Shown one piece after another: positions 33,015 through 43,700 of a stretch of 64,000 bases of DNA (position 1 is its first letter; every line of letters begins with the position of its first letter). The position numbers and the translations under genes are program-made. The notes below the pieces were generated by a model. It was given only the letters and a program-made list of their open reading frames with translations. It searched no databases and had not been told where the DNA came from. This stretch comes from Naegleria gruberi (taxonomy: Eukaryota), in assembly GCA_000004985.1 (NCBI GenBank), contig GG738898.1. One strand, written 5' to 3'.

Positions 33015-34556
33015 TTATTGCTTCTTTGCAACTACCTTCTTAACCTTCTTGACAACTCTCTTCTTTTGTGGTTTAACAACTCTACCAGTACCACGAGAGA
33101 GGACAAACTTGATATTGAAAGCATCATTTGGTAAAGCGTAATACTTCATGACAAATGACTTGATAATAGCTCTGGAAGTAGTTTGGTGAGTTTGAATATA
33201 CTTGACACGATCATTAAAAAGTTTCTTCTTCAAATATTTTGGAGAAGTCTTATTCAATGACTTGCTCTTCTTAAACTTGGCAACTAAACGTCCCTTATCG
33301 TTGAGTGAAAGTCTGACACGTTGTCTGAGCCATTTGGATTTGATCTTTTGAATATTCAAAATGTTTTGACCAATAACATAGGAAACCTTAACCAAGGTCT
33401 TTGTCTTGTGGAAACAAATGAGTGGTTTGAGGAAGAGATCATTGGTAACTGATTGAGATTCAATCTTTTCCTTATTACTAGAATTCTTGCTGACTGTACA
33501 AATGTATGGGAGTTTGTTCTTCTTTAAAGCAAGTCTAATGTAGGTCTTTTCAGTATAATCGACTGGCTTTGGAAGACTCTTCAAAAGTTCATCCTTGTTA
33601 GAGGCAGTTTCATAAATCTTCTTCTTCTTTTCAATAGCAGCAACTTGCTTTTCATACTTGGTCTTGAGGAGTTTATGCAATCCCTTTGGAAGAGTAATCT
33701 TACGAGAGGAGAGAACAGCGGCAGCTTCTTTCAATTTGAGAGCGACCTTTTCAAGAGTTGTCTTGGCCCTCTTGATCAAAATGGTACAAGTGGCAATGTG
33801 CTTTTTGTATTGTTCAATCTTGACCTTGCTAACTTGGAGAACTCCCTTCAATTTGTTTTTAATGACCTCAGTGGTAGCAGCTTCTAATTGTTTTTCCCAT
33901 TCGACAACCTTCTTCTTTTCTTCTTCCAATTTCAAGTTAAAGACCTTGGAACGAGCATTTTCATAGTTCAAAACCTTGAAGACATTATTTCTATGTTTGA
34001 CCAAATAGTTCAAGACAAAGATTTGTCTTCTCAAATAAAAGTACATGGCATTGGAATATCTCTTTTGAGCAATTAAAACATCCAACTTGGCAAAATTGAC
34101 AAGGTATGGAGCAATAAACTTGGTCTTGCCATGCTTTTCCTTTTGAGCCTTGTAAATAGAGACGGCTTGTGACTTACTCTTCAGAGCAATCTTGTAACGT
34201 TTCAACAATTTGGCAATGTGTAAGTTGATCAACTTTTTCAAACGGTTGTATGCAATGGCCTTCTTGGTCTTGAGCTTTTTGAGATTGTTCAAAGCATTCT
34301 TCAACTTGTCATTGTTCAACTTTTTAAGTTTTTGCAATCTGGTGACATTTCTTTCAGCCTTAATCTTGTTATGTTGATGTTCAGCCTTGTTTTCCTCATC
34401 CTTGCTATCTTCCAAATTCTTCTTTGTCATGACAACCAATTGTTGCAATGGATAGAGTTTCTTATTAATAATAGATCTCTTTTGTCTGAGAGCCTTGATT
34501 ATTGTTCGAGCATCAGAGAGTTTTCTAGTGAGGCCAACAAAATGTGAGCCAAACAT
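33015..34556 (-). CDS. Very basic lysine-rich coiled-coil protein, possibly nucleolar or ribosome-biogenesis-like. It may continue upstream into the ORF at 34499..35308 through an intron of about 88 nt.
   Basis: The 513-aa ORF is about 25% K/R with long heptad-like K/E/L stretches. The ATG is at about 34554-56. Confidence 0.5.
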   Translation of the reverse strand: MFGSHFVGLTRKLSDARTIIKALRQKRSIINKKLYPLQQLVVMTKKNLEDSKDEENKAEHQHNKIKAERNVTRLQKLKKLNNDKLKNALNNLKKLKTKKAIAYNRLKKLINLHIAKLLKRYKIALKSKSQAVSIYKAQKEKHGKTKFIAPYLVNFAKLDVLIAQKRYSNAMYFYLRRQIFVLNYLVKHRNNVFKVLNYENARSKVFNLKLEEEKKKVVEWEKQLEAATTEVIKNKLKGVLQVSKVKIEQYKKHIATCTILIKRAKTTLEKVALKLKEAAAVLSSRKITLPKGLHKLLKTKYEKQVAAIEKKKKIYETASNKDELLKSLPKPVDYTEKTYIRLALKKNKLPYICTVSKNSSNKEKIESQSVTNDLFLKPLICFHKTKTLVKVSYVIGQNILNIQKIKSKWLRQRVRLSLNDKGRLVAKFKKSKSLNKTSPKYLKKKLFNDRVKYIQTHQTTSRAIIKSFVMKYYALPNDAFNIKFVLSRGTGRVVKPQKKRVVKKVKKVVAKKQ

Positions 34557-35308
34557 AATAGATTACAATTATAATTATTTCTCTTTGCATGTCTGACACT
34601 ACGTTTCAAATACTTTTTGTGATTTAATTGTTGTTCACTTTGAGTAGACAAGGTAGCAACTCCACTTGAATCAAGAGCCTCATCAAGACCATATCCTTCA
34701 CTAGTATTTGAAGAGGCTTCCTCAATCTCAGATTCACTATCCTCATCATTTAAAGTTTCTACCAATTCCTCATTTTCATCCGAACTAACTCCTTCACTAG
34801 CAGCAGCAGCTTCCTCCTCCAAGTCCTCTCCATTCAATCCCTCTTCCTGATTCTCCAACAAGTGTCCCAACAAATTTGAAATCTCCTCATCATTATTCAA
34901 TTCATGAGCGGTGGTAGCTGTGTTGAGAGTATTTTTTTCAAAGGCTCCAAACGACTCCTCATCACTCAAAACAACGGAGCCGTAACTTTCCAACTGCTCT
35001 ACCGGTCTCAAGGAGGTCATTGTCATGGCTGATGTTGTTGATGATGATGTTGTTGTGGCGGCAACAAGTTCATTCTCTTGTATGATGGCAGCGGTTGCGG
35101 CTTGTTCGCTGTTTGGGGAGGCCCACGACGAGGTTAAACCGCCTAATCGATTCTGTTTGGCACTCTCATCGATACCACCAGCTTGCACCACTGTTGTTGT
35201 TGATGATGATTGGAAGAGAAAGATGAGCAAGCAGGTGAGAGCGAAAAAGAGAAGCAAACGGTTGCTCCAACTTTTCATTTTGTTTTTTTTTGAGATGTGA
35301 CTTGACAT
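34499..35308 (-). CDS. Acidic D/E-rich ORF with an N-terminal signal/anchor-like segment. It is either a separate secreted acidic protein or the 5' exon of the lysine-rich gene.
   Basis: The N-terminus reads MSSHISKKNKMKSWSNRLLLFFALTCLLIFLFQSSSTT, followed by an acidic region DEESFGAF...EEEAAAASEGVSSDENEELVETLNDEDSESEIEEASS. It overlaps the next ORF by 58 nt in another frame. A phase-compatible GTATTT...CACTAG intron would fuse them (…NHK-K-KLSDARTIIK…). Confidence 0.4.
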   Translation of the reverse strand: MSSHISKKNKMKSWSNRLLLFFALTCLLIFLFQSSSTTTVVQAGGIDESAKQNRLGGLTSSWASPNSEQAATAAIIQENELVAATTTSSSTTSAMTMTSLRPVEQLESYGSVVLSDEESFGAFEKNTLNTATTAHELNNDEEISNLLGHLLENQEEGLNGEDLEEEAAAASEGVSSDENEELVETLNDEDSESEIEEASSNTSEGYGLDEALDSSGVATLSTQSEQQLNHKKYLKRSVRHAKRNNYNCNLLCLAHILLASLENSLMLEQ

Positions 35309-35623
35309 ATGACTCGATGACCTTGCTGGCTAAAATATTTTTGGCGCTGAGGTTGTGATTCGCAGTGGTAATGTTGAAGAAAGAAGGGTTTCAAGATATT
35401 TCAAAGTGAAATTTCAAAGAAATTGTAAATTTTATTGTTTTTTGTAATGCATAGGGTTGAATGTTTGTATTGTGTTTTATTGTTGTAAATGGCAACCATT
35501 ACTTTCTAGAATTGGAATTTGTCTTCTTTCATTTTATTTGTATTAAAAAAATGAACGGTTTCGAATATCAAGAACACAATTCACTACAAACACAAATTCC
35601 GATAATGTTGAATCACTTTAAAT

Positions 35624-36955
35624 TTATCTCAAGTAAAGAGCACCATTTCTGTTGGTGAGTGTAGCACTAGCAACACTTGTTGTATCATAGACGTATTGAA
35701 CACCAGGATTGAATCCAGGACCTGGACCTCCCTCAGGACATGAAGGATAAGTATAAGTTGCCCAAACCGTGCCTGCACCTGCATTCATGAAAGAGTCAGT
35801 TGTAGCACGTGGAATACCCATTCTGAACCCCATACAGTGCATATCTGATGTCTTACTATAGGTGACATAGGTTGGAAGAGTTAGAACATTCTTCAAATTG
35901 TAACATGTTGCAGGAATGGCAGCATAATAAGTTTGCATCGTTGGATCACTGTATGCTGTTACTCTTGTTCTTTGAACGTAATCTCTCAATCCTTGTGGAA
36001 TTGTACAATAGGCACTATATTGCCAATCATTTGTAAAGAAATTAGAAAAAGCAATAGTTGCTGCATTACCACTGTCAGTGGATGCTCTAATCTGAGTGGA
36101 AATATTCATCAAATCAGATGTTGGAATGTGGAATGTAATAGTATCATTTGTAGTGGTGGCAGCATTATCATCAAAGACGTGGAAGTGAGCTCCGTAATAG
36201 TCTCTTCTAATACCAGCAAACATGGTCCATCCTCCACCGTCTGTATCCATATCACAATAGACTGTCATGACTGTATTTCCAGGTTTAATTTGATACAATC
36301 CACTTCCTTCACCCAAGTACATTCTAGGAGCTATTGGATTTCTATACTCCTTACATGATCTTGCATAGGTTCCATCGGCATATTTAAATCCACTCACTGA
36401 ATTATAGCTGGTTGTTGTACCATTGACTGTTTCACAATTATCTCCAATGTAAGGTGATTTACAGGAACACTTATTGGAGGATGTACAGTTACCACGTCCA
36501 GAACAAACTGAGGCGCTTGTGGCGAGTACACCAAAACATGCCATTTGCATGCAATTGATTCCGGCCCATCCTGAGGCGCATCCTTGGTTGCAATCATCAC
36601 CACTATAATGTTGACATGTTGTTGTGATGGTGTTAACTTCCAATGAGAGACTATCGATGGCGGTTTGAATTTTATCAGATTGTTTTTGTCTCAGTATTAT
36701 AATTGAGGTCAAATTTGCATTTCCAGTAGAGTTGAGGAGGGAAATAGCAGACGTGATTTTAGCCTTTGTACTCACTAGCTTTGCAAGTTCTGCATTAAGG
36801 TCGGTAAGGTAGGATCTAATGCTGCATCCTCCTGGGAGAGTGCATGTAAAATTTTGTTGTCCATTCACAACATGATATGTTGCGGATGATGATAACAACC
36901 CAACCAAAATGAGCAGCAAGACTCGTGTGGAAATGAGATGAGCGATGCCTTGCAT
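35624..36955 (-). CDS. Secreted protein with a coiled-coil region, EGF-like Cys-rich modules and a fibrinogen-related-domain (FReD) A-subdomain-like core.
   Basis: The signal peptide is MQGIAHLISTRVLLLILVGLLSSSA. The EGF-like spacing is CQHYSGDDCNQGCASGWAGINC...CSGRGNCTSSNKCSCKSPYIGDNCE. The FReD-like block is CKEY...GSGLYQIKPGNTVMTVYCDMDTDGGGWTMF. Compare the FReD consensus C..y...G...sGvY.I.p......VyCDMetdGGGWTV. The region downstream of this diverges from canonical FReD. Confidence 0.55.
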   Translation of the reverse strand: MQGIAHLISTRVLLLILVGLLSSSATYHVVNGQQNFTCTLPGGCSIRSYLTDLNAELAKLVSTKAKITSAISLLNSTGNANLTSIIILRQKQSDKIQTAIDSLSLEVNTITTTCQHYSGDDCNQGCASGWAGINCMQMACFGVLATSASVCSGRGNCTSSNKCSCKSPYIGDNCETVNGTTTSYNSVSGFKYADGTYARSCKEYRNPIAPRMYLGEGSGLYQIKPGNTVMTVYCDMDTDGGGWTMFAGIRRDYYGAHFHVFDDNAATTTNDTITFHIPTSDLMNISTQIRASTDSGNAATIAFSNFFTNDWQYSAYCTIPQGLRDYVQRTRVTAYSDPTMQTYYAAIPATCYNLKNVLTLPTYVTYSKTSDMHCMGFRMGIPRATTDSFMNAGAGTVWATYTYPSCPEGGPGPGFNPGVQYVYDTTSVASATLTNRNGALYLR

Positions 36956-37357
36956 TGCGTTTTTTTTCTAAGGATTGTTGGGTGGTGGAACAAACATATA
37001 TCGATATTGAAACTGTAGTTGGGTAATTTGGACCCTCAAATACCGAATGCCTTATTGATACTCTTTTAATTTTCCAAAAACCAATTGACCAAGGAAGTGT
37101 TGGTAAATATTTGACACTTCAAGTAACGTGGGAAATTGGAAAATTCACAGAGTTTTAAAGTTAGTAGGAATACTTGTACAAAGATTTTGAGCCTTTGGGT
37201 GCTGTTTGATACTTGTACGAGAAGCAGTAACTAACTGTAATGTGAAATATTTCCATCAATACTGCTCAAATATTCCTACATCCAATCAACTGATAACTCG
37301 CTAGCAGTAGATGCTCAGAACAAGCAAGTTGTGCATCACCTCTGGTATTGTAATCAT

Positions 37358-37495
37358 CAGCAAACATTCAGCATGTTCATGCACATAAAATGTACTACTA
37401 CAGCTTGTTGTATTGATTATCGAACGCGAATCACTGACAAATGTCACAACCATTGTACATTTTAAATGTGCATGAACATGCTGAATGTTTGAAAT
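37358..37495. repeat. Near-perfect 35-bp inverted repeat with a roughly 58-nt loop, forming a hairpin, in the intergenic region upstream of the giant adhesin gene.
   Basis: The left arm is CAAACATTCAGCATGTTCATGCACAT-AAAATGTAC. The right arm is GTACATTTT(a)AATGTGCATGAACATGCTGAATGTTTG. There are 26 identical bases and then a 9-nt block with 1-2 nt of indel. Confidence 0.6.
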
Positions 37496-37740
37496 GAACA
37501 CTTCAAACCTCTAACATGTGAAAGGTTTAAAACCTATGAATTTTCAATAGAGCGGTAAATTAACGAGGAGGATTCCAGAGTGAACTGCCTTACTGTCGTT
37601 GTAAACTGCCCTATTCACTCAACTTTTTGATGTCAAGTGGTTTGATACTTTCAACTCTACCACTACGAGTGTCAAAAGTCAATAAAACTAACCTTCCACC
37701 TCGAGCAAAACATACTTCATCATTAAAAAAAACAATCAAG

Positions 37741-40700
37741 ATGCCAGCTACTATCTTGAACGGTTCTACCACTTCAAGTTCTGGTCTCAATATTAACCTT
37801 TCATTGTTGGTAAGTTTACATATTTCACATGAGCTTAATTATAATTCTTTATTGTTGTTGTTGCTGATCTTTCTCCACACCAATGACATCTGGCACTGTG
37901 ATCTCTCTTACTCTTTCGATATTTTAATATCACATGCTAAACTAATTACTTTGAATGGCCATGTTGTTTCTTTTCTAAATTCTCCACTTTGACCAAAACG
38001 CGGTCAATTCAACTTTTTAAAAAATTGGCATCACATTTGATCTTCTGAATCTTTGCAACGCGATTTTCCTTCTTTGCTCCTTTGGCGCTTTTTCTGGTGC
38101 GGTTCAATCATCATCAATATTAATTTATTGTTAAAATTACTTTTTTAAATGATGAATCCGTGTTGAGTAGAAAGGAGGTACTATTAGTCAGACAATTGTA
38201 TGTTTTTTAAATATTTTGTATGTTTAATATTTTGAATGTTAGGTTGGTGCAATTATTACAGCTTTGGTAGTTGCTTCCACAGTTGCTACTATTATCTTGG
38301 TTTCAGTTGGTGTTGGTTATTCTAGTCCTCAACCGTATGTACTTTTAAAATTCATTATTTGAAATTAATTGAAATCTAGTCAACCTGATTTTGCTACTAC
38401 TTACAAGAGAGTGCCTATTACTGTTGATGTACTCATAAATGATAACGATCCACGTGGTGGTAATCTTACTTTGACTCAAATTGTTGATCAACCAAAGTAT
38501 GGTACTGTCAAGATTCTTTCTCGTTCCCAAGTTGTTTATCAATCCATTGGTTCTTTCTCTGGAAATGACACTTTCAGTTATGAAGTTAGTAATTCCTTTG
38601 TTACAGCCAATGCTACTGTTACTGTTCAAGTTTTGAATAGACCTCCTCAAGCTGTTCCAATCTATAAGAAGATCTCCAAGAATGCTAATAAGGCTCTCGT
38701 TGATATTTTCAATTATATTGGTGACAATGATGAAAAGATTACTGATATTGATAATGATGTCTTGTATGTTACTGGCTTCGCTGATCAACAAGTTACCAGT
38801 GGTAATGCTCAAAGTTTAGGTGCAATTGAAATTGATCCTTACAATGGTTTCTTGTACACTCCTGTTAATGGTTTCAATGGTATCGAACAATTCAAGTATA
38901 CCATCTCAGATGGTAATGACACTGCTTCTTCAACTGTTACTGTTGAAGTTGAAAATGATGCTCCTGTTGCTACTGATGATGTTTACAGAATTCCAAAATA
39001 TAGTAGTTTGGAATTGCTCATTTTACAAAATGATTATGATATCAATGGTGATGATTTCAATGTTACCAACGCTGTTGGTGCTGGTTATGGTGCTCTTCGT
39101 GTTCAAGACAAGACTGTTGTCTATTTCACTTCAAGTGTTTTAACCAAAAAGTATACTGATTCTTTCGAATATTCAATTTCTGATAGTCAAGCTTCAGGAT
39201 CTGCTGTAGTTTCTGTTCAAGTTTACAATACTGAACCAACTGTCTACTCCAAGACTGTCACTGTTGGAAAGTCCTCTTCCAATAACCTCATTTCAATTGA
39301 TTACTCTGATCCTGATGGAAAGGATGTTGTCGTATTGACCAAAGTTACTCCTGCATTGGCCTCTCTTAATCCAGCTGCTTCCATGCAAGTTGCTAAGGGT
39401 ACTAAACGTGTCAACCTTGATTGTTGTGATTGGGTTAGCGTTGAAACTAATAATTACACTATTGTTTATACTCCAACTCCTGGAGTTGTTTACTCACAAA
39501 CTTTGGATATTTCCATGACAGATGGTGAATCTGATGGCTATGGTAAGATTACTATTAATGTAGTCAATAATCCACCTGTTGCTGTTGATGACACTGTTAC
39601 TTGTAATAAGAATCAACAAGTTTTGATTAATGTTCTTGCCAATGACTATGATGTTAACCCAGGCGATACTGAACTTCTTCAATTAACTAATAACGGTTGG
39701 CAATCAACTACCAAGAATGGTGGTTCTGTTTCTATTTATAATGCTACACATGTATTGTATGTTGCTCCAAAGGGTAGTTTGGCTACTGATGTTGCCTCCT
39801 ATAGAATCTATGATCAAAGCAAAGATGTACAAGGTAATCCAGATTCTACTGGTTTCTCAACTGGTAAGATTAGTATTAACATTATCAATAATCCACCTGT
39901 TCCTGTTGATGATGTTTTTACTATTTCAAAGGGTCTTAATGCCACTTTGAACGTTTTGAATAATGATTATGATCCTAATTTCGATCTTATTTCAACAATT
40001 AACTCTGTTGATAGATCAACTGTTAAAAATATCTTGGCTACTATTGTTAAGAATTCTGGTGAAAATGATACCTTATTCTATACTGCTGCTAATGAAGAGT
40101 ACACTGATTACCTTACTTATGATGTAATTGATGTTGACGGTTTGGTTTCTGAAAATAAGGCCACTGTCACTTTGAATGTTGTCAATAATGCTCCAGTTGC
40201 TAGAGATGATACTTATAGTGTTAACTGGAATCACAATATTTTGTGCCCTGTCAAGACTAATGATGCTGATATCAATGGTGATTTGCCTTCTTCCAAGATT
40301 GAAATTTATCAAAATCCATCTAATGGTGTTGTTGAAGTTATTAGTGATAGTGTAAGATATACTCCAAATACTGCATTTGTTGGTGTTGATACTTTCCAAT
40401 ACAAGTTGAACGATGGTAGTGTTGCCAATTTCTTGTCAAATGCTGCTACTGTTACAATTAATGTTTTGAATACTGCTCCTGTTGCTGTTGATGATACTGC
40501 CACTACTCACTGGAGAAATGATGCTGGTGTTTTAGTCAGTGTTTTGGTTAATGATTCTGATAATGAAGGTGATTCCTTGTCTGTTACCAATGCTCTAGTT
40601 GATGCTGTACTGCTTCAGTTTTTGATAGTCAAACTGTCAAGTTTGTTTCAACTCAAACCTCTGCTACTGTTGGTACTAAGCAAATTAAGTATACCGTCTC

Positions 40701-43700
40701 TGATGGAAACAAGAATACCATTGGAAATGTCAATGTCTTGGTTACAAATACCAAACCAGTCGCTTTTGCTGATGCTTACACTTACCACTGGGCTGCTCCA
40801 AAACAAACATTGAGTGTCATGTCTAACGATAAGGATGCCGACCTTGATCCAATTTCAATCAAATCTGTTTCTGGAAGTGCTGCCGCTGTTAAGAATGGAA
40901 ATGATATTGATTATACTCCAAAGAAGGATGGTGTTACTGATACCTTCCAATATGTCATTACTGATACTGTTACTGATGCTGATCCAGCAACTGTCACTGT
41001 TACTTTCACTAACAATGACAAGCCAGTTGCTTCAAGTGTTTCAACTTCTATTCACTGGAGAGCTTTCGCTGCTCAATCTAATCAACAAGATTTCTCTGTT
41101 TATTCCTCAACAACTGATGCTGATGGTGACGCTCTTACATTGACTGTTAATCCAACTGCTACTGGTATTTCTGGTGCTTCATGTAGCAAGACCACTGATT
41201 CAATTGCCAAGGTTAGAGTTACAGCTCCAACCAAGACTACTGGTTCTGCCACCTGTTCCTTCTCAGTTTCTGATGGTTTGGCAAATACTGGATCAAAGAC
41301 TGCTACTGTTACTATAACTAACAATGCTCCAACATGTACTGATATTACTGTTTTCTTCAATGCTATCTATGTGTCAGTTGGTCAAACATTCTCCGTTTCT
41401 TCATCTGTTAGTGATGCTGATTCTGCTGATGTTCCTTATTTGGCAGCTAGTAGTGCAATCATGTCTGGTTCATTCTCAGGTGATACATTCTCTGTTTCAA
41501 ATGGTAACCTCCTCTTCAAACCAAATGGTCAATTGGGTAATCGTGTTTATGGTTATAAGGTTACTGATGGTATTGTTGAATCTAGCCAATGTAAATTCAC
41601 TATCATTGTTAGCTCACTTTCTAATGCTGATTATTCACAAGCCTATGATGTTCACTGGAATGTTACCAAGGCTTTCCTTAATATTACTTCCAAGTTGACC
41701 ACATCAACCATTATGGGTATTGTTCAACAACCTTCTGAAGGAATTGCTTACTTTGAAGGTGGTAAGATTTATTTCACTCCTGCCAGAAAGATCTATCTTG
41801 ATTCTTTCATTGTTAGTGTTAAAGATGGTATTGTTAGTAACGTCTCTGTTTCAGTTTCCACTTACAATAATGCTCCAACTGCCAGTGTTCCAACTCAAAA
41901 TATTAATTGGGGTAAATCAGTTGTGATTGATTTGTTACAAAATTATGCTGATGCTGATTATTCTGCTGGTCGTGAAATTAAGGGAAAAATTTCTGGTGTT
42001 GACAAGACTGGTACTTTGGGTACTGTTTCTGCACTCTCTGGTTCAAGTGTTACTTACACTTCTCCAGCCAATTATGTTGGTTCTGATTCATTCAAAGCTA
42101 CTGCTACTGATGGTCTTGCCTTTGTAACTTTCACTGTTACTATCAATATAATCAATACTGCTCCAGTTACTAATGCCAAATCATACACTGTTCACTGGGC
42201 TGTTCACAAACTTGGTTACACAATGAATTTGGCCACAGGTGTCACTGATGGACAAAATGATCCATTGACTTATGGTATTGTTTCTGGAAGTGTTTCACCA
42301 TCTAGTGCTGGTACTGTTGCCATTTCCACTTCACCAAATGCTGTTGCTACTGCTGGTACATCTGTTTATTTGGGCAAGTTTACATACTCTTATACTGCTT
42401 CTGATTCTCTCCTCTCTTCTCCAGGTACTGCCACTGTTACTGTTTATAATACTATGGTTACACCTGTTGCTGACTCTTTGAGTGTTCACTGGAGAGCAAC
42501 TAATGTTCCTTTGAATCCATTTGCCAAGTTTGCTCCTACCTATAAGGATTCTGAAGGTGATAGTTTAACAATTCAAACTGCAACTGCTCAAAAGGGTACA
42601 GTTTCCATTGTTTCTGGTTCTCAATCATTACTTTACAATGCTCCAACTAGTCCACCTTCTCTTGGTACTGATGTAGTTTCATACAAGTTTACTGATGGTG
42701 CTGAATCTCTCCAAAGCACTGCTACTGTTGTCAATGTAAATGTTTATAACACTGTCCCAACTGCCAAGAATCAAGTTGTTTATGGAAAGTGGAATTCTCC
42801 TGTTTCAGTTTCTTTAGCTAATGTCTGTTCTGATATTGATACATTGGATATTCCATATGTTGCATTCAATGGTGTTATTTCAAATGTTGCTGGTGGTTCA
42901 ACAAGTCTCTCTGGTACAACTGTTACCTTCACTCCAAGTGTTACCTCTCTTGTTTTTACTCAAATTTCTGGTAATCTTTACAATGCTACTGCATCATTCA
43001 AATTCCAATGTTTCGATGGTATTTCTACCAGCACTGGTAATGTCACTATTATTCTTTCAAACAATGCTCCAACCGGAACTGGTAAGACTGTCAATATTGC
43101 CAGAGATTACACCAAGACAACTTATGATTTTACCTGGTCTGAAATTGCCACCTATGCCAACCCTGATGTTGATGGAGATTCAGTAACTATTACTAATCTT
43201 GTCTCTGTTGATTCTTCCATCACTGTGGAACAGGTATTAGATTGAACACTCCAAAGACTGTTTCTGGAACTAAGCAAATTACTTTCTACTTGTATGATGG
43301 TCTTCACTATAGCATCAGCAAGTTGACATTTACTGTAATCTTTAGTAATTCTGCTCCAACTTGTGGTGTTGTTTCAACAATATATTTAAATAAGAAGGGA
43401 AGTGTTGATCTCTCAACTAAATTCTCAGGAACAGATTCCAATAATGATCCAATTACTTTCACCTTATCTGGTTCACCTGGTTCATTGGGTACTTTGAGTG
43501 GTAAGGTATTTACTGCCTCAGCAACTAATACTGGTACTGTTACCTTCTCTTACACTGCAACTGATACACAATTGACAAGTTCATCATGTAGTATTCAAAT
43601 TATCATCCAAAATGCTAATCCATCTGCCAATGATACAATCTTTTATATTTATCCAACTGCTGATTCTTTGTCTCACTACTTGAGCTATAAGGCAACTGAT

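Noticed and set aside
40814-42481. Run of leucine-rich 60-125-aa ORFs on the plus strand (40814..41143, 41324..41698, 41927..42127, 42272..42481, 42821..43186) and minus-strand ORFs within the adhesin exon
   Set aside because: These are alternative-frame products of the T/V/S/A-rich repeat coding sequence. They have no independent support.
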